Of a stretch of DNA of 64,000 nucleotides, positions 24,451 to 37,299 are shown in pieces. This DNA comes from Catajapyx aquilonaris (Eukaryota). The stretch spans positions 1 through 64,000 of the forward strand of contig KZ538380.1 in assembly GCA_000934665.2 (NCBI GenBank). Reading direction: 5' to 3'. Position 1 is the stretch's first letter, and the number at the start of each line of letters is the position of its first letter. The notes beneath the pieces are model-generated. The model was not told the origin of the DNA. It did no database searches and was given only the letters and a program-made list of their open reading frames with translations. The position numbers and the translations under genes are program-made.

Positions 24451-24924
24451 ATATTCCTCCAGAATTACCGATAAATCTACCGTACAAAATGTACTGTACC
24501 GGTACTGAATATTTTCGCGGATCGTAATTAACAGAGTTGGTGTAGAGGAATTAAATCATCAAATAATTGCAAATAAAATATCAGGTCTAGTCTCCGCGAT
24601 GCCACATTTCATGCAATACCGGTAATAGATTTTCAAGAAAGCCCAGCTGTAATCGTTGTCTTTGTCGGAACTAGAATGTTACACAGAACAAGCTGTAACG
24701 ATGCAGAAATTCTGCATGTTCCATTCTTAATTACGCACATTTCATAACAGCTGAATTAGCACGAACAAACAAATTGCTGGTCTGGAATATCCTCAACATT
24801 AATTGCGATAGTGAACATAAATATACAGTTGGTCCATTACATGAAGCTGATGTCGGAATCCTTTTGCAATAATAACACAAAAAATACCAATGACTTCTTC
24901 GTAACACTCCCGTCAGTATTTGTA

Positions 24925-25092
24925 CAGTGTTGGACATAAATCGAGCCATATTGCTACCGACATTTTCCGAAGCGGCAGAAGATGGAATCGAAGATAAGGA
25001 TAGGCCTACTGCAATCCGGGCGAGCAAGATTCCTTCTTCTGCCGCTTCGGAAAATGTTGCTGGCAGTATGCCTCGATTTATGTCCAACACTG
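24925..25092. mobile_element. Palindromic MITE (CAGTG..CACTG, TA TSD)
   Basis: CAGTGTTGGACATAAATCGAG...CTCGATTTATGTCCAACACTG; half-copy at ~53447-53528. Confidence 0.8.
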
Positions 25093-27380
25093 TAACAACC
25101 TCTGTACACCACTGTACATCTCAATCATCACGTTGCATTACCATTGTTCCCCCNCCCCCCCCCCCCAATATTCACTTACTAGTGGCACCCACTAACTCTA
25201 CACCAAATATTCTTACACACTGACAAAGCAACTGGTGTCTTGAAATTACAACTGAGAATTTATAATTGAGTTCACAGTCACATAGAAGGTAAACATAAGC
25301 AACTAGTCAGCGGCGGATTTCCCATTAGGCACAATAGGCACTGGCCTAGGGGTGGCCGCGAGTTGCAATAAATCATATTTATCAAATACAATAATAAGAA
25401 ATGATGGCGAGGTCACAAAGAAAAGCAAATCGTTGACAGCTTGATTTGCCACTACATGCAGAAAAGGTTTGCAGAGGTTTGGTATGCAACTGCTTCAGAG
25501 GCCCAAGAATCACAACACTGGATGGGGAAGATGCAAATAAGAAAGAGGGAAGCAGTCATTACAAGGATGTGTAAAAACCCACATCCATGCAATTAATGCT
25601 CCCCACTTTATTATCAGATTCTCTGAAGTACACCATAGGTGGTCTATTTTTACAGTACAATAATTGTGCTTGTCATTGATGAGATCAGAGTGCAAGTAGG
25701 TAAGGCAGTATTCTTGTAGAACACCAAGTCTGCTTTGTTAACTAAGATCTTTTTCGAGAGCCGGTACAAGTACAAAAAGCTGCTGGATAGTGTTTTCTAG
25801 AAAAGTGCCAGTCAGAATTGCACACCAGGGATACTTGTACAGAGCTGAAATGTCTGCATCAGAAATTCGCTAATTTGCAAGTTTCACATACTTGCAGATG
25901 ACACTATAGGCACCTGTAATATCACTATGCAACACGATATTTGTCCATGGAAATTCATTGCTATTTCCATGTTCCTTGGGTCACTCGTAACTCATAATGA
26001 CCATTCATTTTGTGTTCGATTTCTTTTTCACCTCGGGGCAGTCGAACAACCAACATTCTCAAATATAGGGGGTTTTCCCAATCAAGTGGAGTGGGCCGAA
26101 ATGTTGCTAGAACATCTCGGATTTTGCTGAAAATAATCACAGCTGTACACACATGCCATAACACTGCACATCAAGTTTCTGCCAAATTTCGAAATACCGC
26201 GGGGAGGGAAAAACTGTTACATTTTGGAAATGGGGCCTTTTTTGAATAATTTTTCCATTGGTGGAAGTGGACAAAACCCAATCAACATATACATCAAATG
26301 AAAGAAAAACATGAGGAAAATGAGCCTATGAAATTTGTCTTCCTCCTAAATGTAACCAGCAAAACATGTGTGGCATTCCATCAGTCCCATGTTCAAGAAG
26401 TTGGGTCCTTGAAAATTAATGGTATATCTGCAAAACATATCTATTATTTTCTCGCAAGCAATGCATGACCCAGGTTTGAAACTGAACATATTAAATCTTG
26501 TATAGGTCACAACTCCTGTCACCAAATATGGTTGTTGTTCCCCAAATACGTACATCACTAATTGAAGGGTTCTCTGCAATAAGAAGGTAGGTGAAAATTA
26601 TTCACTTTGAGAAAAACGCACTTGAACATTTGATTTTGTGATTTCATGCTGGTATATGTGAATCATTTGAAGATACCATCAAGTCCCATCAAATACATGT
26701 GAAAGATGTTACCTAGCACACTTTGTTTTTAAGAAATAAATATACTTAAAAATTTCATTTGCATTCTTCTTGCAGAGATCCCTATGGGAGCGCATCCGGG
26801 CGCCTTATTTATTTGATATCTTGGAGCCTAATATGAATACAACAATGAAACTTACATAACTGAAAGGTTATGAATAGAGGATTACTACAAAAATGTTCTG
26901 AAATTTCAAGTCTATTAGGCTCGTGTCAAGGGTCATGAACTTTGACCTGCCAACATGACACGTAATTTCAATCGGATATTTTCTTGGCTGTTATCACCGG
27001 ATTACGCGTACCGTTTAGAATTGAAAGCCAGCTTTTTAATGTATGTGGGATGCACATTTACTGAAATAATCGGGTTATTGTAAGCCACCTACTATGCCCA
27101 GATTCAGGTCCAAGGCTTGTGTCATTAGCCTTTTTACCACATACAGGCGCCACGTAGGCCTTAGAGATCTTTGCAGTACGCAGTTAATAATATTTTCCAG
27201 TGTTTTTAAAACGAAAAACCTTATTGCAGAGAACCCTTCAATTGTTGGGGTCTAAATACTTGGACATGTGACTTAGCATCTGACCGATGGAATGCCACAC
27301 AAGTTTTTCTGGGCACATTTTCTAGAGAAACAAATTCCATACACGCATTTTCCTCGTGATTCTCTTTCAGTTAATGTATG

Positions 27381-28035
27381 CAGGGTGTTCTCGAGCTAAC
27401 TTTACAAACTTCTAGGGGTAATAGAGGGGACCAAGACAAACATATTTCACATAGGAACCCGTGTCCGGAAACGCCATCTAGAGGGGGTTCATAAATGAGG
27501 AACGGGTGTGCTCAGACGTGTCAGGTGGACGGCGTCAGCGAGGGGACCGTTTAGTTGCTAAGTGGAGTGCGGATAGTACACAACTTCGCAATTCGCAATA
27601 ACCTGGCAACAACAGAGCCACCTAAAGGCCATTTCACAAAAAAATGGCGTGCGGCAAACGGCGCGCGTTGCGGCATATTTCTTATTTATATTTATTATTG
27701 CCAATAATTAATAACAATTGGCGGGGCAGGCGTTTGCCGCTTATCGCTGCCGCAAAATCTTTTTGTGTTTTGGCTAGGTAGCGCGCAGATAATAAACAAC
27801 TCTGTTGTTGCCAAGTTATGGCGAATTGCTGAGTTGTGTACAATCACCGCGCCACCAAGCAACTAAACAGTCCGCTCGCTAATGCCGCCCGCCTGGAGCG
27901 TCTGAGCACACCGTTCCTCACCTATGAACCCCCTCTAGATGGCGTTTCCGGACATGGGTTCCAATGTGAAATATGTTTGTCTTGGTCCCTTCTATTACCC
28001 CTAGAAGTTTGTAAAGTTAGCTCGGAAACACCCTG
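27381..28035. mobile_element. Tc1/mariner-type MITE
   Basis: CAGGGTGTT..CGAGCTAACTTTACAAACTTCTAGGGG...CACCCTG|TA, ~240-bp inverted arms. Confidence 0.85.
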
Positions 28036-28277
28036 TATGTTTCTTGAGTTTTGACCACTTCCACTAACTGAAAAACATTATCCAAAAAACTGAAAAAAGG
28101 CCCAATTTCCAAAATTTCGCGATTTTCTTCCTCCCCACAGTATTTTGCAAATTGGCTGAAACTTGATATGCAGTGTTATGGCATAGGTGTGTACAGCTGT
28201 GATTTATTTCAGAAAATTCTGAGATGGTCTAGCAACATTTAGGCCCACTTGATTGGGAAAAACACCTACATTTGAGG

Positions 28278-28530
28278 GGGGCAGCACGGTGGCAGAGTGG
28301 TTAGCACCACAGCCTTCCACCTCTAAGGTCCCAGATCGCGCAGAGGATACTTATGTGGATCGAGTTCCAATGGGTTCTCTCCGTGTTCGTGTGGATTTTC
28401 TTGGGGTTCTCCCGTTTCTTCCCGCAATCAAAATCCATCACAGCGCAGGCAATGATTAAAGACGGTCAATTAAAAGATGATCCCCTAAAAAGCCCAAGGA
28501 GGCTTATCACAGGGTATCCATTATTATTAT
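28278..28530 (+). mobile_element. tRNA-derived SINE with V-domain-like core
   Basis: A box GTGGCAGAGTGGTTAG, (ATT)n tail, TSD ATTTGAGG; same family as 33655-33978. Confidence 0.85.
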
Positions 28531-28619
28531 ATTTGAGGATTTAGGTTTTTTGACTGCCCCACCGTCAAAAACAAATCGAAGACAAAATGATTGGTCATTT
28601 TGAGTTCCAGCATTAAAAA

Positions 28620-29260
28620 TAATCAAAAATCTAATAAGCTGGCTTGTTAAACTAGAAAATATATACAGTCGACCTCGCTAATTAAAAGAAGTTTGAAATA
28701 TGCACTATCGAACACACAGTCCCACCCTATAAAAAGTTGGACATGGCTGCTAAATCGAGAATTTAATAAAATGGGAATGTCTATCCATGGCTGGTTACAA
28801 AATATAGAGAATAATTATATCCATCCAAAGGATGCTAATCACATATATTGATGCAACGATTCAACAGGACTATACAGACCTAAACAATTCAAAGAGATAT
28901 GCCAATTATGTATTACTTAACAATTCTCCATATCTAGAAAATTATTTAACCTACAATTTACCGCTACATTCAATTAGAATTGTGGCTAACCTCCGGAATG
29001 AATCCGCCTGGTTCTATATAAACGGATACAAAATACAGCTAGAATTAGAGAACTACTGTTCATTATGCAATATCAAAGAAGAATTTACTATACACCATAT
29101 GTTATACATTTGCCCTTTGTTTCTGGCCCGAGGAGAACATTACTCATATCATGGCCTTCGGTCCCACCTGATAGATTAAACTGGATTCTGGATGATATAC
29201 CGGCTCAGGAAATTGATAAATTATATGTTTTTTAATAAAGCAAAACTATTGTTGGAAAAT
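28620..29260 (+). mobile_element. Non-LTR retrotransposon 3' ORF2 fragment
   Basis: ORF 28832-29179 aligns with 29546-30052 (YL...PL...R...N.RN, CSLCN..E....H....C). Confidence 0.75.
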
Positions 29261-29269
29261 GCTGATATA

Positions 29270-31740
29270 TTAATAATAATATAATATAATAATAATATAA
29301 CAATATATTTATTTCCTTGTTACAATTGATGTAAATGGAAAGCCTCCTGCCAGGAGATTTACATAACCAAAAAGAAAAAAAAAACATTTGCATAATGTGT
29401 TTACATACTAATATCGCAAAGTTGTAGTTTTTTACAGCCATTGAAAAAAATCTGCACAGCGCAAAAACCTTTATGGGCAGCATATCGATAAATAATGTAT
29501 ACAATTTTTCTGGCGGTACTCCTTGAAATTCATTTACACAACCCCTTACTTAACTCTGAAAAATAAACATTCAAATAGGAGGACATGAAAAAACGTCATT
29601 TCTGTCATCATATTGCATAACGAGCAAATTTCCTCTGACTGGAATTTTAAGCAATATCCTTGGATATATAGAACCTTTGACTTGTTTCTTATATTGATCA
29701 GCATACGAACCAGTTTCAGTGGCATCGACCTTTGTAAATATGTTTCATGTAAGTAACCATTTGACACATCAATGTAATGTTTGTAAGCTCTCGTGTTATA
29801 CAAATCCTTCATATCCCTTTCGATTGTATTATCCACAAAGGTGGTCAGCATTTTGTTCACATCCATAGTATCATAGTTTTGCTGCCAGTAAGCCCATGTA
29901 ACACCCGCATCTTTCAATAAAATTTCTACCGATGCGAACCAGTCCCAACCATTTCTTTTCCTAGTACTTGTTTGGTACTGAAAGGCTTGGCCAATTTGAC
30001 TGCTTTGGGGCTCCATAGTTATTTTCCTCAAAAACAAGAACAACCTTTGCATAATTTGGAGCGAGATTGGTCTACAACCAGTTTCCAGTCTTTAAAAAAA
30101 ACCAGCACAAGAGCGAGGCAAGGTAAAAAATTTTTTCAAAAAAAACGTCTGGACTCGTTCTAATTCATGTGTGCGTTATACAATACAGCTGGTACCACCT
30201 GTGCGTCAAACAGCCTCATTGCTGTGTTTATATTCCTCAACTTTAACTTAATCAGGTTTGGCCACATCATATTTCTTAATTTCTTGCCCTCGTTAACAAA
30301 ATAATTTAGCGCTGTATTGGGGTTTCCAGTTGTCGACAACAGAATTTATACTCCTTCACTATTTCCAACTTTTCTCCATCACAAAAAAAACTTGGCAATT
30401 TTCTGCCCCTCCGAAATACCATCACCTTGGTTTTAGCCAAGTTTAAGTGTAATTCATTTTCCTTTAAATAGGCTGTAAAAACATTTATTGCTCTCTGCAA
30501 CCGAAGCAGTAGTGGTGTAGTGGATATGGTGTCCTACTGCTAATCGGGAGGTCCTGGGTTCGAGTCCCAGAGGCCGGAGGTTCTGACCTTGGTTTTCTGT
30601 GGTTTTCCAAGGTCACCCCAGGGAAATCCCGGGATCATACCGTTAAATAGGCCACAGCCGCTTCCTTCCTTTCCCTGCTATGGAGGAGGCACGGTGTTCG
30701 GTGGGGAGCTTCCGGCCGCGCCTAGGGGGGGTGTCTAAGCTTGGCCCCCTGAGGGACTGCACACGGCCCCCACCACAGGACAATGCACTGCACCTTTGTT
30801 CCTCCCTCCCTATCCCTTCCCTGTCCCTGCACCGGTGAGATTGAAAAGTATAGAAAATGGAGGAGATCTCCTCCCCCTGCATTGACCAATTGGACTCAAG
30901 GGGGAACCAAAATAAATAAAATATTGCTCTCGGCAAATATAATGGTTTATCAGTCAAAATAACAATGTCATCCGCGAATTGTAGAAAATTTATATCCCTT
31001 TTGCCTGGGCCAAAATTTACCCCCGGTATTCCATTATCAGTAAACAGGTTTTCCATATCTGCCATATACAAATTAAATAAAACGGGACTTAGTGGTTCCC
31101 CCTGCAATACTCCCTTACCTATCGGGATGACTGTGTCATTTCCCTTTGCTATTATTACTGCATTTTCATACATATTAATTACAGTTTCCAAGAACTTATT
31201 TTTCCCTATTCCGTACCTCCCTAGATTTTCCGATAGTAGTTTGTGATTGACAGAATCAAAAGCCTGTTTTAGGTCCACGAATACTGCATAAAGTTTCCCT
31301 GATTTTTTTCCCACATATTTTTGTACTAGTGAATTTAATACAAAAATCAAATCTGCACACGATCTTCCTTTCCTAAACCCAGCTTGCGATTCAGGGAACC
31401 AATCCATCTTCTCAGCCCATAGAGACAATCCGTTTACTAATATCGATGTGAGCAATTTTAACAGGTGGTTTAGTAAAGCTATGGGTCTATAATTTTGCGG
31501 TTCCTCGGGGTTTCCCGCTTTAAATATCGGTATCATACGTATTTGTACCCAATTTCTCGGTAAAACCCCCGTTGCCAAGATCTGGTTATACAATTTCAAC
31601 AATAAAGCCTGCAATTTGGGGGACTCAAGTTTCATTATTTCATTTGGGATTGAATCCGGACCCACCGCCTTCTTTAATCGTAAACGTCTAATACTCCCCT
31701 GGAGCTCAGCCAATCTTATATCACCGTCCAATTCTTCTAT
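29270..31740 (-). mobile_element. Non-LTR retrotransposon (RT ORF2), 5'-truncated and interrupted
   Basis: KAVGPDSI, NYRPIALL, QAGFRKGRS, FVDLKQAFDSV, GVLQGEPLSPVLF, QFADD, NLAKTKVMVF, C-terminal CSLCN..H..C; AATAAA plus ATT-rich tail near 29270-29312. Confidence 0.92.
30501..30921 (+). mobile_element. tRNA-derived SINE inserted into the RT ORF
   Basis: A box AGTGGTGTAGTGG, B box GGTTCGAGTCC, A-rich tail; TSD TATTGCTCTC(T/G)GCAA duplicates the L(Q/P)RAI codons. Confidence 0.9.
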
Positions 31741-31741
31741 A

Positions 31742-32166
31742 CAGGGTGTATCTGAACTCAGTGCCCCGACGTATATGCCTGCCTTCCTAGCCACCACAGG
31801 ATCAACTTATGTAGAGGAGTCATTATGTCTGGGCAGCCTCATTACTGAGATACACTCTTTAGCATTTTTTGCCTAATCGCTCCTTCTGACTTTTAAATAG
31901 AATTTTCTGGTGTAACTAGCCAAAGAGGCCTTACCACCTGTGGGCAACAAACCAACAAAGTCCCGCCCCCAGACCTTCCAGAGCCTTCTGACTGGGGGAG
32001 GGTTCGATGGGTGGCCTAACCGACAGGATATTTTGTACTACATGTTTGCGGCCAATTATCTCAGTAATGCGGCGGCCAGACATAATGACTCCTATACTTA
32101 AATCGCTCCTCTGGTGGCTAGGAAGGCAGTCATATACGTCGGGGCACTGAGTTCAGATACACCCTG
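31742..32166. mobile_element. Tc1/mariner-type MITE
   Basis: TA|CAGGGTGTATCTGAACTCAGTGCCCCGACG...CGTCGGGGCACTGAGTTCAGATACACCCTG|TA. Confidence 0.9.
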
Positions 32167-32289
32167 TATAAGTTGGGATGATGTCCAACATCCCCAATGC
32201 TTGGTTATCCCTCACCGCTATTTGCGAAGAACTTAAGTAAGACAACCAAGTGTCTTCCTTTGCTTTCGAATATGGTGTACTGCTTTTAA

Positions 32290-32519
32290 ATTTTTTTACA
32301 CGGATGCCAGGGGGAAATGGCCACTCTGGGGATCTTTAATGTGCACTCGCGCAATGTCACTTAAGCACACCGGACCGACGCCTTCACTTCCCCTCCGAAG
32401 GAAGGCGCACTCTCACTTTTCTACCACCCAGAGAAAAGTCACCGACCTCGGCCGGGTTCGAACCCACAACTTAGGGACCAGAGGCGAGCACACTAACCGC
32501 TAGTCCACCGGCACTGGCC
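32290..32519 (-). mobile_element. tRNA-derived SINE with Nin/Deu-like central domain
   Basis: A box GTGGACTAGCGGTTAG, B box GGTTCGAACCC, then CCTTCGGAGGGGAAGTGAAGGCGTCGGTCC...GCACATTAAAGATCCC. Confidence 0.7.
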
Positions 32520-33448
32520 ACCCAATTATGGCTGAACTCTACCAGCACCTCGAAATAAAAAGCTGTATATTTTATCACCACAAGAGTGAAATAACCATAT
32601 GTAAGGTAAGGGCAAATCCACGTGAAGTGCATCACCTTTTTCACGAAAAAATTTGCCCATCCATGAGTGTGAGATATTTCAGTCCAGGTCAAGTTATAAC
32701 CTTTCCAATAAGGATTTGGTCCGATGATACGCAGTTCCCTATCTACAGGCGCTAATTGCACTTGGATCACAGTTATAGGTGCCCCCCTATTACATTTACA
32801 CCACAACGTAAATGCATGATGTGACACATGTTTCATGTGTGAAATTGTCTCCTCTTTTCTACAAATATGTTGATTTTCATATAGCTGTGCAAATATATGC
32901 CAAAATCGACATTTTTTGAAAAAAATGTAATTTTCGAATTGAAGGCCCAAGTCAAATGTCATCACGTTGATATCAAAATACGTCCCATAGTGTCCTCTGT
33001 CAGCGATGTAAAGGAATTATGGGGAACGAAATGGTTGCGGAGCTATGGGCACTGACATGGAGCGCTGCGGGAGTGCCACGGCCATATAGTGAAAGCTAGC
33101 TGCGCATGTGGAGCTTCAGGGGCGTCTTCATGTCTCAGGTACTCTTGTTCTTTGAGTTTCATTATGTCCTACGAGAACTTAAAACTTATCGTAAAAATAT
33201 AGTTTCACAAGAACCGAGCACGCTTGTGTGTGGCTGCTCCCACTCGATGTTGTTTGGAAGCGCACATGTTATTGTTGGTTTCAAAGCATGAGAGATCTTC
33301 CTGGGTTTTTCAAACTACCCAAAATTCCCCAACCCCTACGCCCTACCAAAGCACCCTTCAGAACCCTTTTTCGGATTAAGCTGGGTGAGTAGGATCTTAT
33401 TTTGGAGGAGGCGGAGGGTGGGTTGCGGAGGAACCTTGAACCCCATGA

Positions 33449-33617
33449 AGGCCCATACACACAGGCGGTCGACGGTTTTGGTCTTTGGTTGCGGTGACGC
33501 CGCGGACCAATCAACAAGCGCAACACAAGTGTTGAGCTTGTTTACATGAGTCATGATTGGTCCGCGGCATCAACGCGACCAAAGACCAAAATGTCGACCG
33601 CCTGTGTGTATGGGCCT
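33449..33617. mobile_element. Harbinger-like hairpin MITE nested in the Sola element
   Basis: AGGCCCATACACACAGGCGGTCGAC...GTCGACCGCCTGTGTGTATGGGCCT with TGA TSD. Confidence 0.8.
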
Positions 33618-33650
33618 TGAATGCTGGTCATGCTTTCAAGCCAAATATAG

Positions 33651-33654
<4 letters not shown>

Positions 33655-33725
<71 letters not shown>

Positions 33726-33978
33726 GATAGCCCGTGATAGGCCCCTTGGGCCTCTTAGGGGATCATCTTTTGAATAACCGACTTTAATCATTTGCCTGCA
33801 ATGTGATGGATTTTGATAGTGGGAGGAAACGGGAGAACCCCGAGAAAACCCACGCGAACACGGAGAGAACCCATCGAAACTCTATCCTCATAAGTATCCT
33901 CCGTCCAACCCGGGGATCAAACTCGGGACCTTAGAGGTGGAAGGCTGTGGCGCTAACCACTCTGCCACCGTGTCGCCC
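33655..33978 (-). mobile_element. tRNA-derived SINE (V-domain-like) with long microsatellite tail, nested in the Sola element
   Basis: 16-bp TSD AGCCAAATATAGTATA; A/B boxes; (TAA)n at 33655-33723. Confidence 0.9.
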
Positions 33979-35024
33979 AGCCAAATATAGTATAAGTTGA
34001 CAAAAGGTGACAGCCACCTGTCACAGCATAGCAGGTGTTCAGTCGGAAGGAAGGACTACACCCATCACCACTAGTCATCACACGCGGTCCACTCGGTCTC
34101 CTGCTTGCAAGTGTCGGACATGTGTGGATTTGCTCGTCATCCAAGTGCAGTGTAGTCTGCAGATAATGTGAACAGAGAGTATTAGTGCCCTTCAAGCTCA
34201 CTCAGCACAGGAGAAGTGCAGGAGGTTTGCGGCCAGTTTCGAGTGCAGTTTTGGGACAATAAAGAACGATTCCCAAGGGTTCTATGTGCTGCACTGACTG
34301 CAGGCACAGGTTGGAGGGCCGAGAACCTTTGCCATGTGGTAGGCCGATATCAGGAAAGTCTTCGACTTCACTGGACAACCCAAATGTGCAAGGTAAGTTC
34401 TGTCAAACATGTTGGACGTTATTGAAGAAAAACGATTGATATGTTTCCTAGTGTTCCATATTATCCTCAAAATTAACAAAGGTTATTTCTCTGGTAAAGC
34501 AGGGAACAATGAGCCCCCAGATCTTGCAGCAGGACCTTCCAGTGGTTCTAGTCCACTTGTAGATGCTAATGAGCCCTGCACTGCTGCACAAAAGGATCAA
34601 CAATCAGAAGCCGGATGTTCTGAATCTCAACAGGTAAAAGGCTGATTAAGAAGTGGTTGAAACTTGAAAGTGTTGCATTTTCTCTTAAGTCGCCGATTCA
34701 CCTTTCTGGTGACACAGTATACTGTAGTTCCAATGAACACGTAGATGACACTCGCCTAAGGATGCATGCATATTATTACAGCCTCCAACACAGTCGCCGG
34801 ACGTCAGTGAGATCCCATCATCTAGCTCGTGTGATATGGACAGAGGTTCGATCTTCCCTTCACCAACCAGAAAACAGGCTAGGCTCTCCAATGAGGCATC
34901 ACTTGACTTGGCCTGCAAAGAGGTGCTGCAAAATTTAAATCATTGATACATCCAATCAAGTAGTGATGCTGAAAGGCTGCAAATATTGTCTCTTGCTCCT
35001 CGCCAATCGTGATCCAAGAGGCAG

Positions 35025-36470
35025 GTGGCTTTATACTTCGGCTACTCAGCAAGGAAAGTCCACAAGGTACGTGAGCTTAGTGTCGGAGAGAAACCTGGAC
35101 GAAAATCGGGAAGAACTCTATCAGAGGAAACTGTTGCAGTTATTCATGACTTTTACGAGTGCGACGAGCATTCTCGCGTTATGCCAGGAATGAGGGATGT
35201 AAAATCAGTGAAGGAAAAGGATGGCAAGAGAGTGCAGAAGTGTAAGAAACTGATTCTGTGTAATCTCGAGGAACTCTACGCCACATTCCAGCACAAGTAT
35301 CCTGGAATTGAGGTGGGATTCAGCAAATGTGCACAGCTGAGACCCCTTCAGTGCATCTTGGCAGAAGGCAATGGTACTCACACTGCGTGCATGTGTGTAT
35401 CATGAAAATTTCAAGCTTATGCTGGAAGGGGGCTCAGCTGTAGAATTAATAGAAAACTGCGCGACACCACTGGGCTCGTACAAAGACTTTATGAATTTCA
35501 CCATGTGCTCTCCACCAACAGCAGATTGTTTCTATAGGAAATGTGACGGTTGCCCGGGAACAAGCGTCCTGAGCGACCTACGACTTCAGCTGTATGAAGA
35601 AGAGTGCCTCGAGGAAGTGCAATTCGATCAGTGGGAAAGCACAGATCGGTGCACTTTGACCCATCAAACTTACCCACAGGTGAGTTTGTAGAACAGTTCT
35701 GCACCAAAAGCATTAAACTAAGAGCCCACGATTTTGTCAGCAGGAAGCAAGCAACATTTTTTCGGGACTTGAAAAAAAATTTAAAAGATAAGGAACTTAT
35801 GGTGCACATGGATTTTACTGAGAATTTCACTGTTGTCGCACAAAATGAAGCTCAGTCTTTTCATTGGGGAAAATAACAAGTGTCTATTTTTACATTGTTT
35901 GCTACTTCATGAAGGATGGAGAGCTAGTACATCGGAGCATTGCTATACTTTCTGATTCAAGAAAGCATGACATGTCATCAGCTCTATATTTGTGCCAACA
36001 ACTCATCCTAAATCCAGAAAAAGTCTTCAACGTCACAGACGGTGCAGCTCAGCATTTTAAAGACAAAGATCAATTTATCGACCTGCTCAATTACAAAGAA
36101 GACTTAGGCATGCCAACAGAATGGCACTTTCATGCTACAGCACATGGGAAGGGTCCCAGCGACGGTATAGGGGGTAACCTGAAGATGAGGGCTTCTAGAA
36201 CTAGCCTCCAAGGAACAGTGATGCTGGACACAATTTCGGTGTACATGTGGGCTGTGGAAAACAAAAAGGAAACTGATATTCTTTTCTACTCATCAGAGGA
36301 TCACAAGAGAACCAAGGATGAATTGTGCAAGAGATTTGATATGGCGGTGACAATCCCTGAACATTGCAATACCACTGTTTTATTCCCAACTATGAGAAGA
36401 AGGAACTGATTGTAAAAAAATATTCAACTTCCACAAACTATGAAGTATTTACCATCGTACAGCAAGAATA
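35025..36470 (+). pseudogene. Sola2-type transposase, frameshifted
   Basis: Overlapping ORFs give GFSKCAQLRP..C, C.C.YHEN, C..RKC..CPG, HMDFTENF...QSFHW, TDGAAQHFK, WHFHATAHGKGPSDGIGG; at least three frameshifts. Confidence 0.85.
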
Positions 36471-37299
36471 AATGAATATTACATATTAATGTTCAAGAAA
36501 GTTTCTATTATTTTTCGCAAGTGACAAGTGTTAAATATGCTGGATTAGATAGAATAAATTTCATGTAGCCTACTCTATATTTATTTTTTCATTCCTCTAG
36601 TCGTTCCTAGTCACAGTCCAAATTAATGTTCACTATATAGACATGTATGGAATTCCTTCTGGCTCCATACGGGCAGCTAGCTTACACTATATGGGCGTGG
36701 CACTCCCGCAGCGCTCCATGTCAGTGCCCATAGCTCCGTAACCATTTCGTTCTCCATAATTCCGTTTGCATCCCTGAGAGGACACTATGGGGGGTATTTT
36801 TATATCAATGTGATGACATTTGACTTGGGCCTTCAATTCGAAAATTACATTTTTTTCAAAAAATGTCGATTTTTGGCATATATTTGCACAGCTATTTGAA
36901 ATTCAACATTTTTGTCGAAAAGAGGAGACAATTTCACACATGAAACATGTGTCACATCATGCATTTACGTTGTCATGTAAATGTAATAGGGGGGCACCTA
37001 TAACTGTGATCCAAGTGCAATTAGCGCCGGTAGATAGGCAACCATGCATGATGGTACCAAATCCTTATGGGAAAGGTCATAACTTGACCTGGACTTAAAC
37101 ATATGTCACACTCATCGATGGGCAAATTTTTTCGTGAAAAAGGTGATGCACTTCACGTGGAATTGCCCGTAAATAAGTGAGAGAATTTAATTAAATCTAA
37201 ATATTCAGGGAAGCTCCCCCATGTAAAGGTGTTAAGCCTACCGGGGTAAATAAACTAAACTAAAACTCTATCAGCAGGTTACCAAACGATCAAGAAAAT

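Larger units (their letters stand above)
25989..28604. mobile_element. Long-inverted-repeat (foldback-like) non-autonomous DNA element carrying nested insertions
   Basis: 25989-26275 is the reverse complement of ~28050-28604 once the SINE is removed; further inverted blocks 26369-26583 vs 27220-27300. Confidence 0.7.
32610..37168 (+). mobile_element. Sola2-like DNA transposon, full length, non-functional
   Basis: ~505-bp TIRs (32610-33114 / 36662-37168), GGG..CCC ends, GTAA 4-bp TSD, internal DDD transposase. Confidence 0.85.

Noticed and set aside
30505..30575. tRNA-like sequence (also at 5008, 14000, 32450-32519, 33900-33978, 48180-48250)
   Set aside because: These are SINE heads followed by a core, tail and usually a TSD; no complete cloverleaf is supported.
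31741..31797. N-terminus MVARKAGIYVGALSSDTPC of the 384-aa RT ORF
   Set aside because: Derived from the adjacent MITE; the ORF's C-terminus is likewise read-through into a SINE, so this is not a real 384-aa protein.
32471..32965. 164-aa ORF and its twin at 36820-37098
   Set aside because: Chance ORFs in the two TIRs of the Sola element.
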